64,000 nt of DNA. It comes from Antedon mediterranea. Taxonomy: Eukaryota > Animalia > Echinodermata. Below the pieces are notes generated by a model. That model searched no databases, was not told the DNA's origin, and worked only from the letters and a program-made list of their open reading frames with translations. The stretch spans positions 14,010,352 through 14,074,351 of the forward strand of contig NC_092678.1 in assembly GCF_964355755.1 (NCBI RefSeq). Reading direction: 5' to 3'. The position numbers and the translations under genes are program-made. Of this stretch, positions 12,601-25,337 are shown one piece after another (position 1 is the first letter of the stretch; every line of letters begins with the position of its first letter).

Positions 12601-14190
12601 AAATATACGAGGTACACGTAGCCATCAAAAACAAACAGAAAGTAATTCCGTACAGAATCTTTCTCAGTGGACCTGGTGGAGCAGGAAAAACTCACGTGAT
12701 CAGACTGATTCATTCAGACACCAAAGCTGCTTTCCCTTTCACGGATCATAAAGCCAAATGATGTGACAGTTCTTCTGACAACACCAACAGGTGTGGCAGC
12801 TTTTAACGTGGGAGGTATGACAGTCCATTCTGCTTTGCTATTAAGAGTCAAGAAATATGGACAAGGAGGTGAACCACTTACGTTTGAGAAGTTTATCACC
12901 CTGCAATCTAAACTTGAGAACCTACAACTGGTCATCATTGATGAAGTTTCAATGATTGGTTCCGATTTGCGGGACAGACAGACAGCGGGATTGCACACAG
13001 TGTTGATTCTAGCTGAACGAGCACGAGTCATGCTGACATATAACGTTGACACAGCAGATGGTTTGGTAAATAGCGTCATAGGAACGGTTACATCAGTGGT
13101 AAAAAACGACAAAGGGAAGGTACTAACTGTTCTTGTTTGCTTTGATAATGAGCAGGTTGGACTAAAGGCGAGATCTACAAGCCAATGGAAAGACATATAC
13201 CCACTTGCAGTTCCAATTAAGCGTCATGAAGGTAAATTTGATAAAGGTGGGAAAAAAGGTGCACAAATTGCCCGGAGGCAGTTTCCTTTGACGTTAGCGT
13301 GGGCTGTGACAATTTATAAATGTCAAGGACTCACTGTTGATCAGATTGTTGTTAGTATGAAAAATTCCAGACGGTTTGGACAAGGACAAGCCTATGTGGC
13401 ATTTAGTTGTGTGCGATCTTTTAATGGTCTCTTTATCACAGATTTTGACGAGACAGGAATTAGAACCAGCCAAAAAATAGAAACAGAAATGAATGAAATG
13501 CGTGATCAATTGGTGCATTCTATTCCAAAGCCAAACTTTGTCAAACTTCCCAAACCTGAATGGATCACACTTGGTCATCTCAATGTTCACTACTTCTTAG
13601 AGAAATTATGTGACTTGAACAGCCACCATGAATCTGAACTTCTGGCAAAGACAGACGTCATGTGCTTTACCGAGACCTAATTGAAAAAGGAGCACACCAT
13701 CGATCAATTTTTAATGATGCATAACTATATAGCGTTCAGAGAAAATGTGCCAGATGAACAAAACCACGCCGGCGGACATGGTGTTATGATATGTGCGTCG
13801 TCACCAGACTTAAGACCATTGGAGCTTCCTTTGATCTCAGTAACTGGGCTAGAATCAAAAGTAGTTGTTCTCACGACAACAACATTTCGACTAATCGTTT
13901 CCGTTATGTATAGAAAACCTTCACAATCAACAAAAGATTTCATGCATTTACTAGACTCACTGCTTGCCCTGATGCCCTTGAATATTCCAACAATTATACT
14001 TGGTGATTTCAATGATAATTTAGTCAATGAGAAACAGTCCTCATTAACAGATTTCATGGCGCGGAATGGCTTTAAGCAGTACGTGTGCAGTGCGACAACT
14101 GATGGCGGATCTTTGTTGGATCATATTTACTTTAACAGACATGATATTAATTTGAATGGTACTGTGTTCAGATTCATGTGCATGTATCTA
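9651..14190 (+). pseudogene. Helentron polyprotein: charged repeats, Cys-rich/DUF6570-like region, OTU protease, partial Rep, PIF1 helicase, EEP endonuclease
   Basis: CCSCHR..ICRTCH..ANNL..VNVP; OTU DVPGDGDC..WG..HY; YFNQRLL..DGRFA; Walker A SGPGGAGKT in a shifted frame near 12665; PTGVAAFNVGGMTVHS, IIDEVSM, QFPLTLAWAVTIYKCQG; EEP HLNV..ET, YRKP, GDFN, LLDHIY. Many stops and frameshifts. Confidence 0.9.
9861..10490 (+). repeat. 69-bp coding minisatellite (~9 copies of ETGNQTKERLKREKRAVSERRKQ)
   Basis: Unit gagactgggaaccagactaaggaaagacttaagagagaaaaacgtgctgtgtctgaaagacgtaaacaa recurs at 9930, 9999, 10068, 10137, 10206, 10276, 10345 and 10414, with a frameshift near 10228. Confidence 0.95.
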
Positions 14191-14509
14191 TTATTAAACT
14201 TTAAATGCGCGTGTGCGCGTAACTTCTTGTGAAACATGCCATTTTTAATCCATAGAAAGTTTGCCCTTGATATGAAATATTCACCAAGTGTCAATACTAA
14301 ATGACTTTTGGTTTTTAATCTATGATCAATCATTGAAATTGATAAAATCGCACATAAATTACGCTGCGCGACTCTAACGTCATATAACAAAGTTTCCTGC
14401 ACATCTACAGCTACAGGTCAATCTTATGACAAAGTTATACCAAGAATATGTCTACAAACATTTGAGATATAGCTGCAACAAAAATCTGGGAAAGAAAGAA
14501 GAATAAAGA

Positions 14510-16210
14510 CTAGATTTGAACACTTTGACGAGTTCAGGTTATCCGCGCAAACGCAACATGCACATATTTTAAACTATACGAACCTCGACAATTATTAAGC
14601 CATCCTATGACATGAAATAAATATGTTTACAGTGCTGAATTGTACCTATTTTATAGCACAGTATTTACAGAATACACTGTATATGTTATATACAGTGTAG
14701 CGTGGACGGAATTACGAGACCCATCTTTTAAATCCAATTATTAACACGATGATGTCAAATTGACATAAAAAATAACAATTTTAGAAGATTATCTAATTAA
14801 TTACATTAATACAAATTTGAAGAATTTTGGGCACGTAAAAGTGAGATGAGCTCTCGTTAAACGCAATGAACTTTTATGCAAGAGGTGAAAATACGACTTT
14901 TTTTATTCAATTGGCTATATGATGACTTCACAACATCTGATTGGCAAAATGTTCACATGATTTCGTATCTACAATCCAATAGCTTCCTGAAAACGTTTTA
15001 ATCATGACTATCACTTTTTATTCAGACGAGCTATAACAGATTAAAATTGACTGTAAAAATGAAAATAAGTGACCCACGTTATTTACATTTTTACACATTA
15101 TGACGTCATAACAATTAAAATATTTTTAACTCATGCGAAAGATAGTTGATTGACGTAGACAATAATAAAATGTTGGAGGAAATGGAATTTGTATAAGCGA
15201 GATGCGCTTTGTTGAATGTGATGAGCAATAAGGAAATAGACAAAAATCCTATTTTTTACATTCGTGTGGCCATACAATGATGTCATAACATCCGAGAGGT
15301 AAAAATGTTGCATGAATTCATATCTACAATTTATCTTCTTGCATAATAAGTTAAAAAAATTGGGGTCACCTTTGATACTGAAGAGCTATAATAGAATCAA
15401 AATAGGCATTATTTTGACAATATTTTCTAACATTTTCAACAGAAACGCGAGCAAATGGTCTAAATCAACGTGCTCGTATGACCTGATTTTAAGTCTAAAT
15501 TGTTTAAAAGTTGGTAAAATTACTAGAAAAAGGCTGAAAAAACATAAATCACGGCAAAAAATGTATTTTTAACGCTACGTGCGCACCACGCTCGTAAAAT
15601 ATTTTGCGCGCGCGGTAATTTTTGACATGCTCAAAATGTCATGATCAGCGTAGAAAGTTGATTAAATTATGCTTGGTTTTTAGTCTATGATCAATCATAA
15701 AAAATCATAAAATCGCGCGTAAGTCATGTTGCGCAACTCTGACGTCATTCAAAAATAGGAGGTGCACAACTTCACGTAAATGCCCATATGTTGACAAAGT
15801 TATGAAATGTTATGTTTACAAGTTTTTGAGATACGTTCTGCACAAAAATGGGGGAGAAAGAAAGAAGCAGAAAAAGATCCAGGACGATTAAAAGGAGTTA
15901 TTCGCTCAATGAGGATAACTAAAAATTGAAACAGGACGATTACAAGGAGTTATTCGCTCAATACGGATAACTAATAATGCAAAATAAAAGACACAGGACA
16001 GTTACAAGGAGTTATCCGCTGAATGCGGATAACTAATAATTGAAATTCATAAAATACCGCGTAACTTACGCTGCGCGACTCTAACGTTATATAACAAAGT
16101 TTCTTGCGACATAAAAAAATCCGGGAAAGAAAGAAGAATAACAAAGAAGATGAAAAAAAAAAGATATTTACAATCACAAGGGTTATCCTGCAACTAAGTT
16201 GCGGATAACC
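14510..16210 (+). mobile_element. HINE family 1 copy followed by several terminal-hairpin remnants
   Basis: Starts CTAGATTTGAAC..TTTGACGAGTTCAGGTTATCCGC; body homologous to 16213-17499 and 21358-22903; GTTATCCGC..GCGGATAAC-type hairpins at ~15896-16040 and 16180-16210. Confidence 0.75.
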
Positions 16211-17499
16211 AACTAGATTTGAACTCGTCACTTTGACGAGTTCGGGTTATCCGCGCAAACGCAACATGCACATACGTTTATATATATATGAACGCCGACA
16301 ATTATTATGCAAGCATATGAAATGAAATAAATATGTTTACAGTGCTGAATTGTACCTATTTTGTAGCATACAGCATATTACAGTATTTATACAGAATACA
16401 CTGTACATATGTTAAATACAGTGTAGCATAGACGAAATTACGAGACCCATCTTTTAAATCCAATTATTACACGATGAGGTCATAAATTGACATATAAACA
16501 TAACTATTTTAGAAGCTAATTATCTAAATAATTACATTAATACAAATTAGAAGAATTTTGGGCAGGTAAAAGTGAGATGCTCTCTCGTTTAAACGCAATG
16601 AACATTTACGCAAGAGATGAAAATAAGACTTTTTGAATTCAACTGGCCATATGATGACGTCATGACATCAGATAGACAAAATTTGTATATGAATTCATAT
16701 CTACAATTCAACAACTTCTATAATAAGTTTTAATTATGCGCGTCACTTTTTATTCTGACGAGCTATAACAGATTGAAGTTTACTGTAAAGATGAAAAGAA
16801 GTGACCCTCGTTATTGACATTTTTAGACATGATGACGTCATAAAAATTAAAATATTTTAATTCATGCGAAAGATAGTTGATTGACGTTGACAATCTTAAA
16901 ATCTCGGGGAAAATGGAATACGTATAAGCAAGATGCGCTCTGTTGAATGTGATGAGCAATAACAAAAGAGACAAAAATCATATATTTTACATGCGTGTAG
17001 CCATACGATGACGTCATAACATCCGAGAGGTAGAAATTCTGCATGAATTCATTTCTACAATTTATCTTCTTGCATAATAAGTTAAAAAAATTGGGGGTCA
17101 CCTTCGATCCTGAAGAGCTATATAATAGATTCAAAATAGGCATTATTTTGACAATATTTTATAACTTTTTAAACTAAAACGCGCGCAAATTGTCTAAATC
17201 AACGTGTTCGTATGACGTCATTTAATTTGAAATGATGTCAATCTTTTTTTAAATGACTAGGAAAGGCTGTAAAATCATAATTCACGAGAAAAAAACATGA
17301 TTTTCGTACTCCGTGCGCACCATACGTGTACAATTTTTCGCACGCGTCTGAATTTTACTCATGCTCAAAATGTCATGATCAGATTAGATATGATTAGAAA
17401 TTAATTTTGCGCATTTTCCAACTTTAAATGCGCTTGCGCGCGTAACTTTTTGTGAAACATGCCATTTTTAATCCATAGAAAGTTTGCCCTTGATATAAC

Positions 17500-20400
17500 A
17501 AGAAAATTAAGAGCTATTATTAAGAAAGATGAAAATTTGTGTTATAAATCTACTAAGGAGCTAGGTAGATAGAAATGTATAAGAATTATGCAAGATTATA
17601 TTGTCAAATTGTTATTAATAATATATAATGTCATTATTATAATTATTATATTTATTATTTTAATGTTAATATTACCTATTATTTTATTTTTCTCGACATG
17701 TCGGTTTTATAAAAGCGCAACTATAAATTTATATGCACGTCATTACATTTATATTTATGATACTGTACAATTAATATGATGTATACAACTTTTTCTCAAC
17801 TTCCATTCCACGATATAGATTATTCTGATGAATTACATGCATCACATATACCTCCAGAAATAAATAATGCTGATTTTAATCCTCTGATAGATAACGACCT
17901 AAAATTCGACCAACAATCCAACATGTTAATAGATCATCTTAATTTAAGGTCATCCACGCTTGATAATTGCAAATATCATGATATCAATATATTTAATAAT
18001 TTTACTGGCAAATTACCAGATAGTAATCACCTATCTCTATTACATCTTAACATCAGAAGTGTATCTAATAAATTTGATAAACTTAACGAACTCGTACATT
18101 CTATTAACTTAAAATTCAGCATAATTGGCCTTTCTGAAACCTGGTTGAATGAAAGCAAAATGCATCCATTTCTTCATAATTATACTTTTTTATCTAGTGA
18201 TCGCATTGGCAATAAAACAGGAGGTGGTGTTGGCTTGTTTGTTAAAAACCATATTAATTATAATATCAGAAATGACTTAATATTGCCAAAAGAAATATGT
18301 GACTCACTATTTATAGAAATCATTCATAAAAATAAGAAAAATTCTATTATTGGCATTATCTATAGACCACCGGATTCCAATATTGATACCTTCTCTACAA
18401 TAATAAATGACCTACTAACTAAAATAAATTCTGAAAATAAATATTGTAATATAATGGGAGATTTTAATATTGACCTTATTAAATTTCATAACCATAATCA
18501 TATAAATAATTATCTAAATACTATTTTATTAAATTCTTTTTTTCCTACTATTTCGAAACCAACCAGAATTACAAAAAATACTGCGACTCTTATTGATCAT
18601 TTTTATACAAATCACATAAATCTTGAAATAACATCCGGAATAATAATATCAGATATCTCTGACCATCTACCTATATTCCAAATAATTGACTATGATTTAT
18701 GTTTTAAAAACACCTCAATTGATTACTCACATTATGTTGCAGACATAAATTCACTAAATTTTGATCTATCGCAGGCTGATTGGTCAAGTGTTTATAATGC
18801 TGATTATAAATCTGCTATTGATACATTTAATGATATATTTTTTAGTATTTATCAACGACACTTGGTCACTAAAGAAATTAAAATAAATAAATATAAAAAA
18901 TGCAAACAGCCTTGGATGACCCCTACTCTTCTTAAAAGCAGTCAACGAAAACACTACCTTTATAAAAAATATATTAAATCTCAGAGCCCAAACGACAAAA
19001 CAACATACACAAGTTATAATAATTTGTTTATTGCTCTTTGTCGTACTGCTAAAAAAACAATATTATGAAAGAAAATTCAATCAAGTCAAAACAAATATTA
19101 AGAAAGTTTGGGGTGTGATCAATTCTGTTTTAAATCCAGCTAGAAAAAATAATAAAAATCCCTCAGTCTTGAAAATTGGGGATGAATTTATTTATGATAC
19201 TAACTCTATATGTGATCACTTTAACAAATATTTTTCAGAAATCGGTTTAAAAACGCTCAACTCCATCCCAGATAATAATATTGATCCAATGTCGAATTTA
19301 CCACCCCCACCCATTAATTCATTTTTTATTAACCCAGTCACTGAAAATGAAGTGTTGAACATGATCAACAGTCTAGACTCTAATAAAGGATCAGGACTCC
19401 CTTACACCTTCTGTTCTTAAAAAAGTTACTCCTTTTATTTTAATTCCTTTTACTTATGTTATCAATTTATCTTTTACTACAGGAATCGTACCTGATCATA
19501 TAAAATTAGCTAAAGTGGTCCCAGTTTTTAAAAAGGGAAATGCAAACTTACTTAACAATTATAGACCGATTTCCGTTCTCCCCATTCTCTCAAAAATAAT
19601 AGAAAAATTAATGCATACTCGTCTTTATACATATTTAACTAAACATAACATCCTAAATAATCATCAATATGGTTTTCGTAAAAAACACTCTACCTGTCAC
19701 GCTATGCTTGAACTTATACATTCAATTAATAATGCATTTGAAAATAAAGAATTTTTGTTAAGCACTTTTCTTGATCTATCCAAAGCTTTTGATGTTGTGA
19801 ATCATGATATTTTACTTTCAAAACTGTTACGTTATGGCATTAGAGGTGTTTCGTTAAAATGGTTTATTAGTTATCTTAGTAATCGTAAACAATATGTACA
19901 GATTGGTAACTGTAAATCATCGGCAAAGAACGTTCCATGTGGTGTACCACAGGGGTCGGTCCTTGGACCCTTATTATTTCTTATTTACGTAAATGACATA
20001 ACCTTTGTTAGTGATACACTGAATATTGTTTCCTTTGCCGATGATACAACTTTATTTTATTCAAACAAAAATATTGATTTATTAGTAAATACCTTTAATT
20101 TAGAATTAAATAAGATTGAAAATTGGTTTTCTTCTAATAAATTATTGATTAATACTTCAAAAACAAATTTCATTATATTTCACTCCCATCGAAACAGGCA
20201 TAAATTAAGTAACAAAAACATTCAAGTTGTTCTAAATGGTAAAAATCTGGACCGAAAAAGCGAAACTTTATTTCTTGGAATTTTAATTAATGAAAACTTA
20301 AATTGGACCGGTCATCAGAAAAATATTTCAATCAAAATGTCTAAATGCATTGGTGTTATAAACCAGATAAAATATTTTTTTCCTCAACACATTTTACTTT

Positions 20401-21123
20401 CTTTGTATAATTCGCTGATATTACCACATTTACTTTATTGCAATATTATATGGGCAGCTGATTATCCTTCAAATTTACATAGAATTTTCATTTTACAAAA
20501 ACGTATTGTTCGATTATTAAACTTTGAACAATCTACATCTGCATCAGAACCTTTGTTTAAAAAACTTAAAATTTTAAAAATATATGACCTTCATAAACTT
20601 CAAGTTACTTCTTTTATGTTTGAATATGTTACTGGTTTACTACCAAAGTCTGTTTCAATGTTATTTTCAAATCGTTTATTAGATCATACCTATAACATAA
20701 GAAATCCACATAAATTGTATGTTCCATTTGTTAAACTTAGAAAAAGCCAGTTTTTTATTACTTATTTAGGACCAACGTATTGGAATAATCTAGATTCAAC
20801 TGCCATAAATCATTTATATACTGTAAATTCATTTAGAAAGCATATAAAAACCCTTTATTTATCTTGTTACCAAACCTACTAAATATGTTGCGCATTGTAT
20901 AATTTATTTAATTGTATGCGTTGTATTTGTATATTTATACGGTACCGTTCTTATTTTTGTTTGAATTATTATTATTATTTTAGGGGTCAATGTGAGACAA
21001 GTTCTACTTCTAATTTTGATCCCTAAGATGGTCTTATATTAATTGTTTATTATTGTTTATTGTAATATTGTTTGTTATATATTGTGACCATCTTAAATAA
21101 ATGTATTATTGAATGAATGAATG
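17500..21123 (+). mobile_element. 5'-truncated CR1/L2-group LINE
   Basis: Endonuclease plus RT ORF2, AATAAA and (TGAA)n tail at 21110-21125, minimal AAC duplication, no ORF1. Confidence 0.88.
17776..20882 (+). pseudogene. LINE ORF2 (APE endonuclease plus RT), frameshifted near 19055 and ~19400
   Basis: HLNIRS, SETW, GGGV, IYRPP, GDFN, TLIDH, SDHLP; NYRPIS, DLSKAFD, GVPQGSVLGP, FADD. Confidence 0.92.
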
Positions 21124-21357
21124 AACTTAAATTTTCACCAAGTGTCAATACAAAATGACTTTTGGTTTATAATCTATGACCAATCATTGAAATTCATAAA
21201 ATTGCGCGTAACTTACACTGCACGACTCTAACGTCATTAAAAATATGGAGGTGCACAACTTCAGGTAAATGTCCATATAATGACAAGTTTATACAAAAGA
21301 TATATTCACAAGCAATAGGGGAATGCTGCTCACAAAAATCCGGGAAAGAAAGAAGAA

Positions 21358-22903
21358 CTAGACATGAAACTCGTCACTGTGACGAGTTAGTTATCCGCAC
21401 CACGACAAACGCCACGTGCACGTCATACGTTGGAATATTGCACACAGATAAAGATTATGGCATTATGACAAGAACTGAAGAATATGATATGCTGTTAGTG
21501 CTGAATTCTGTCAATTTTGTGTCATATAGTATATACAGTGCAAACAGTATCTGTATACATATTACATACAGTGTAAAATAGGTGAAATTACGGGACCCGC
21601 CATTTATTCCAATTTTTAACATGGCGACGGTATCAAAATGAAACACTTAGATAGCAATTTCAGAAGGAAATTATCTCAGGAACAACATATTAACGTGTGA
21701 AAGAAATTTGAATACGTAAAATATAGATGCGCACCCTTTTAAATGTTATGAACTATCACGCAAAATATGAAAATACGACTTTTTTTATTCAACTGGCAAT
21801 ATGATGACTTCACAACATCTGATTGGCAAAATGTTTACATGAATTCGTATCTACAATCCAATAGCGTCCAGAAAACGTTTTAATCATGATTATCACTTTT
21901 TATTCTGACGAGCTATAACAGATTGAACTTTACTGTAAAAATGAAAATAAGTGACCCACGTTGTTTACATTTTTAGACATGATGACGTCATAAAAATTAA
22001 AATATTTTTAACTCTTACGGAAGATAGTTGATTAACGTAGACAATATTAAAATCTCGGGGGAAATGGAATACGTATAAGCGCGATGCGCTCTGTTGAATA
22101 TGATGAGCAATAACGAAACAGACAAAAATCCTATATTTTACATTCGTGTGGCCATACGATGACGTCATAACATCCGAGAGGTAAAAATTCTGCATGAATT
22201 CATATCTACAATTTATCATCTTACACAATAAGTTAAAAAAATTGGGGTAAACCTTTGATCCCGAAGAGCTATAATAGATTCAAAATTGGCATTATTTTGA
22301 CAATATTTTATAACTTTTTTAACTAAAACGCGCACAAATGGTCTAAATCAACATGTTCGTATGACGTCATTTTAATTTGAAATGATGTTAATCTTTTTTA
22401 AACTGACTAGGAAAGGCTGTAAAATCATAATTCAAGAAAAAAACACATGATTTTCATGCTCCATGCGCAGCTTACGCGTAAAATGTTTCGTGCGCGTGGG
22501 AATGATCAGCGTAGAAAGTTGATTAGAAATTATTTTTGCGCATTTTGAAATTTTAAATGCGCGTAAGCGCGTAACTCCTTGTGAAGCATGCCATTTTTAA
22601 TCCATTGAAAGTTTGCCCTTAATATGACTTAAATTTTCACTAAGTGTCAATACAAAATAACTTTTGGTTTATAATCTATGATCAATCATTGAAATTCATA
22701 AAAACACGCGTAATTCATGTTGCGCAACTCTGACGTCATTCAAAAATAGGAGGTGCACAAGTTCACGTAAATGTCGATATGTTGACAAAGTTACGATATG
22801 TTCTGTTTACACGTTTTAGAGAAACGTGACGCACAAAAATGACAGAAGGAAAGAAGTATAATACAGAAAAAAAAAAAATATGATGAAACAGGACGATTAC
22901 AAG
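21358..22903 (+). mobile_element. HINE family 2 copy, split by the 16.3-kb insertion; its terminal hairpin lies at 39199-39228
   Basis: Starts CTAGACATGAAACTCGTCACTGTGACGAGTTAGTTATCCGC; acaggacgattacaag|...|caaggagttatccgc matches the unsplit acaggacgattacaaggagttattcgc at 15931. Confidence 0.8.
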
Positions 22904-24370
22904 TAGCCTGGGTGCAGTACAAATTTTGCGGGAAAAAATTATAGGACAAATTTTTTCTTTTTTTTCTGATAGAGTATACCATATAGAATGTCAGAAAAAA
23001 AATTCCCATCCCAGGGTCTTGGGGAAAATTTTTTACGGCACTTTTAAATTTTGGCCTATATACACACACAAATGCCTATTAACAACTACTAGGCCTAGGC
23101 TAGCTAGTATACTGGACATCATCGCTGATTTAATCATTATTATTACCCAGTCCACCCCATCCAGATATCCATCCTACCTAGGCTAGCCTATGTTAAGTTT
23201 TACAATTTTACATTAATATTATCAAAATTATAACTTTTCTATATCAATGTAAACACATTACCAGCAACAACACAGTGGATTATACAAAACATAACTCACT
23301 AAGTCCATAGGCATACTACATGCAACACTTTATATATTGACTGTATGTACAGGTATTCCAAAAGCAGTAACAATAAAATACATTTTGGGGGACAGGCCTA
23401 CCTGGCTGCGATTTTGTTTTTCGTACATAAGTTGGGGACCCCTCATGAAACGTCACAAAATAAACATGAATAATTCATCAGTTAATAAAATGTTCTTGTT
23501 CCGTTTGCACCCGAAGCATATAGCAACAAGAAGTGATTACACAAGTGCGCGCGCGGTACGATTCTAGGCCTATCTCCGCTGTGGTTGCGGCGTGCGATTT
23601 CATAAAAGAATAACGGCGTTTTGTGTGGATTGTCAAAATAATCAGCCTTTAGTTTATGGTGTTTTTAATATAATTTATTACTAAAGAATTACGTGTTAAA
23701 AAATGATAGTTTCTATTAATACTACATGTATTAGGCCTAATGTTAGTCTCTAAACCCATGTCTATTCAAGTAGTAGCTGTGTGTGTGTGTGTTAGGTATG
23801 ACACAGTCCGAGTAATACTAATATAAGTCAGCAAAATTAAACAATAAACATTACACAAAAATACATTTTTTATTCTCGTGGGTCTAATCTTTCCCATCTC
23901 ATGTGTTCATATACGCGCATTTTTCTTTGAGTACATATTGTTTGATAATAAAATAGCAGAATTACGATTAGCCTTAAAATCGCTACCTGGCTAGCAACTT
24001 GCAATACATGCAATTTAGGCCTACCTAGCCTAGACGTGACCTATGCATAAGTAATTAGAAAAGTAATAGAAGAAGATGAAGCAGAAAAACAATTTTTTTT
24101 CTTACTTACATCATCCAAATGTCTCGTGAGTTTTTATTGTAAAACTCCCGGTGATAATCAGACATTGATAACCTATGTTGAGCAGCCGAAAACGTACCGT
24201 ACAATATGGACATTGCATTGGTCGTCGAGAGCACAAACACTACGAGTGTCATCAAATCCATTTCTCTTGCATAGTGATTGTAAACGGAGAGTCGTACTAT
24301 AATACATTATACTTGTATGATGTCACCTACCCATGATGATGTCAGCTATATTTAGTACACGTAAGATGCT

Positions 24371-25035
24371 AAAATAATGGCGGTGCAATATTATTATACC
24401 TACGGTTGCAATCTGGATGCGTTATGAAATACGTCAGATACCCACCGTTTGTTGTAGATGACGTCGATATAAAGACTAATATTCACCCTAGATGCTATGT
24501 TTAATACACACACATACACACACACACATAAAATAATGATGGTGCAATATTATACCCACGCTTGCAATCTGGATGCGTTATGAAATACGTCAGATACCCA
24601 CCGTTTGTTGTAGATGACGTCGATATAAAGACTAATATTCACCCTAGATGCTATGTTTAATACACACACACACACACACACATAAAATAATGATGGTGCT
24701 ATATATTATACCCACGCTTGCAATCTGGATGCGTTATGAAATACGTCAGATACCCACCGTTTGTTGTAGATGACGTCGATATAAAGACTAATACTGTATT
24801 CACCCTAGATGCTATGTTTAATACACACACACATAAATAATGATCGTGCTATATTATACCCACGCTTGCAATCTGGATGCGTTATGAAATACGTCAGATA
24901 CCCACCGTTTGTTGTAGATGACGTCGATATAAAGACTAATATTCACCCTAGATGCTATGTTTAATACACACACATAAAATAATGATGGTGCAATATTATA
25001 CCCACCGCGTTTGTTGTGGATTATAATAAAGACTA
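24371..25035. repeat. Tandem array, ~150-160-bp unit, 4 copies plus a partial, each with a variable (CA)n tract
   Basis: ttgcaatctggatgcgttatgaaatacgtcagatacccaccgtttgttgtagatgacgtcgatataaagactaata recurs at ~24406, 24562, 24718 and 24866. Confidence 0.95.
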
Positions 25036-25337
25036 AATAATAGAGTTTAAAATACATTATAATCCGCCAAGAAACAAACAAAACCTACTATAATAATATC
25101 GAAACGTATTCGATAACAGATGCATTACTAGTTCACATGCATACAAAATCGAATCAGGCACGCAAAAGCTCGTATACCTTTCAGATACTTTACCTATATA
25201 CGCTTTAGCGAATTATTCGTTTCGCTAAGAATGCATAAAATGGAACTTGACGTTTCCAAAACATCTCAGTCGAATGTCAGATTTTGCCGAAAAGACATCT
25301 AAAAAATAAATAAATAAAAAAATTAAAAAGAATTAAA

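Larger units (their letters stand above)
7836..14509 (+). mobile_element. Decayed Helentron (Helitron2-type rolling-circle element)
   Basis: ACTAG plus small hairpin (tcgcgcatagcgcga) at the left end; RepHel-endonuclease remnants at 9651-14190; joined at ~14193 to the terminal block shared with neighbouring HINEs. Ends are approximate. Confidence 0.8.
16213..21357 (+). mobile_element. HINE family 1 copy interrupted by a LINE at 17500-21123
   Basis: Starts CTAGATTTGAACTCGTCACTTTGACGAGTTCGGGTTATCCGC; gcccttgatataac|...|aacttaaattttcacc rejoins to match the intact copy near 22615. Confidence 0.8.

Noticed and set aside
15131-22228. Recurrent short ORFs (MQxFYLSDVMTS...) suggesting a gene family
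   Set aside because: They are the same non-coding HINE segment in several copies, with inconsistent frames.
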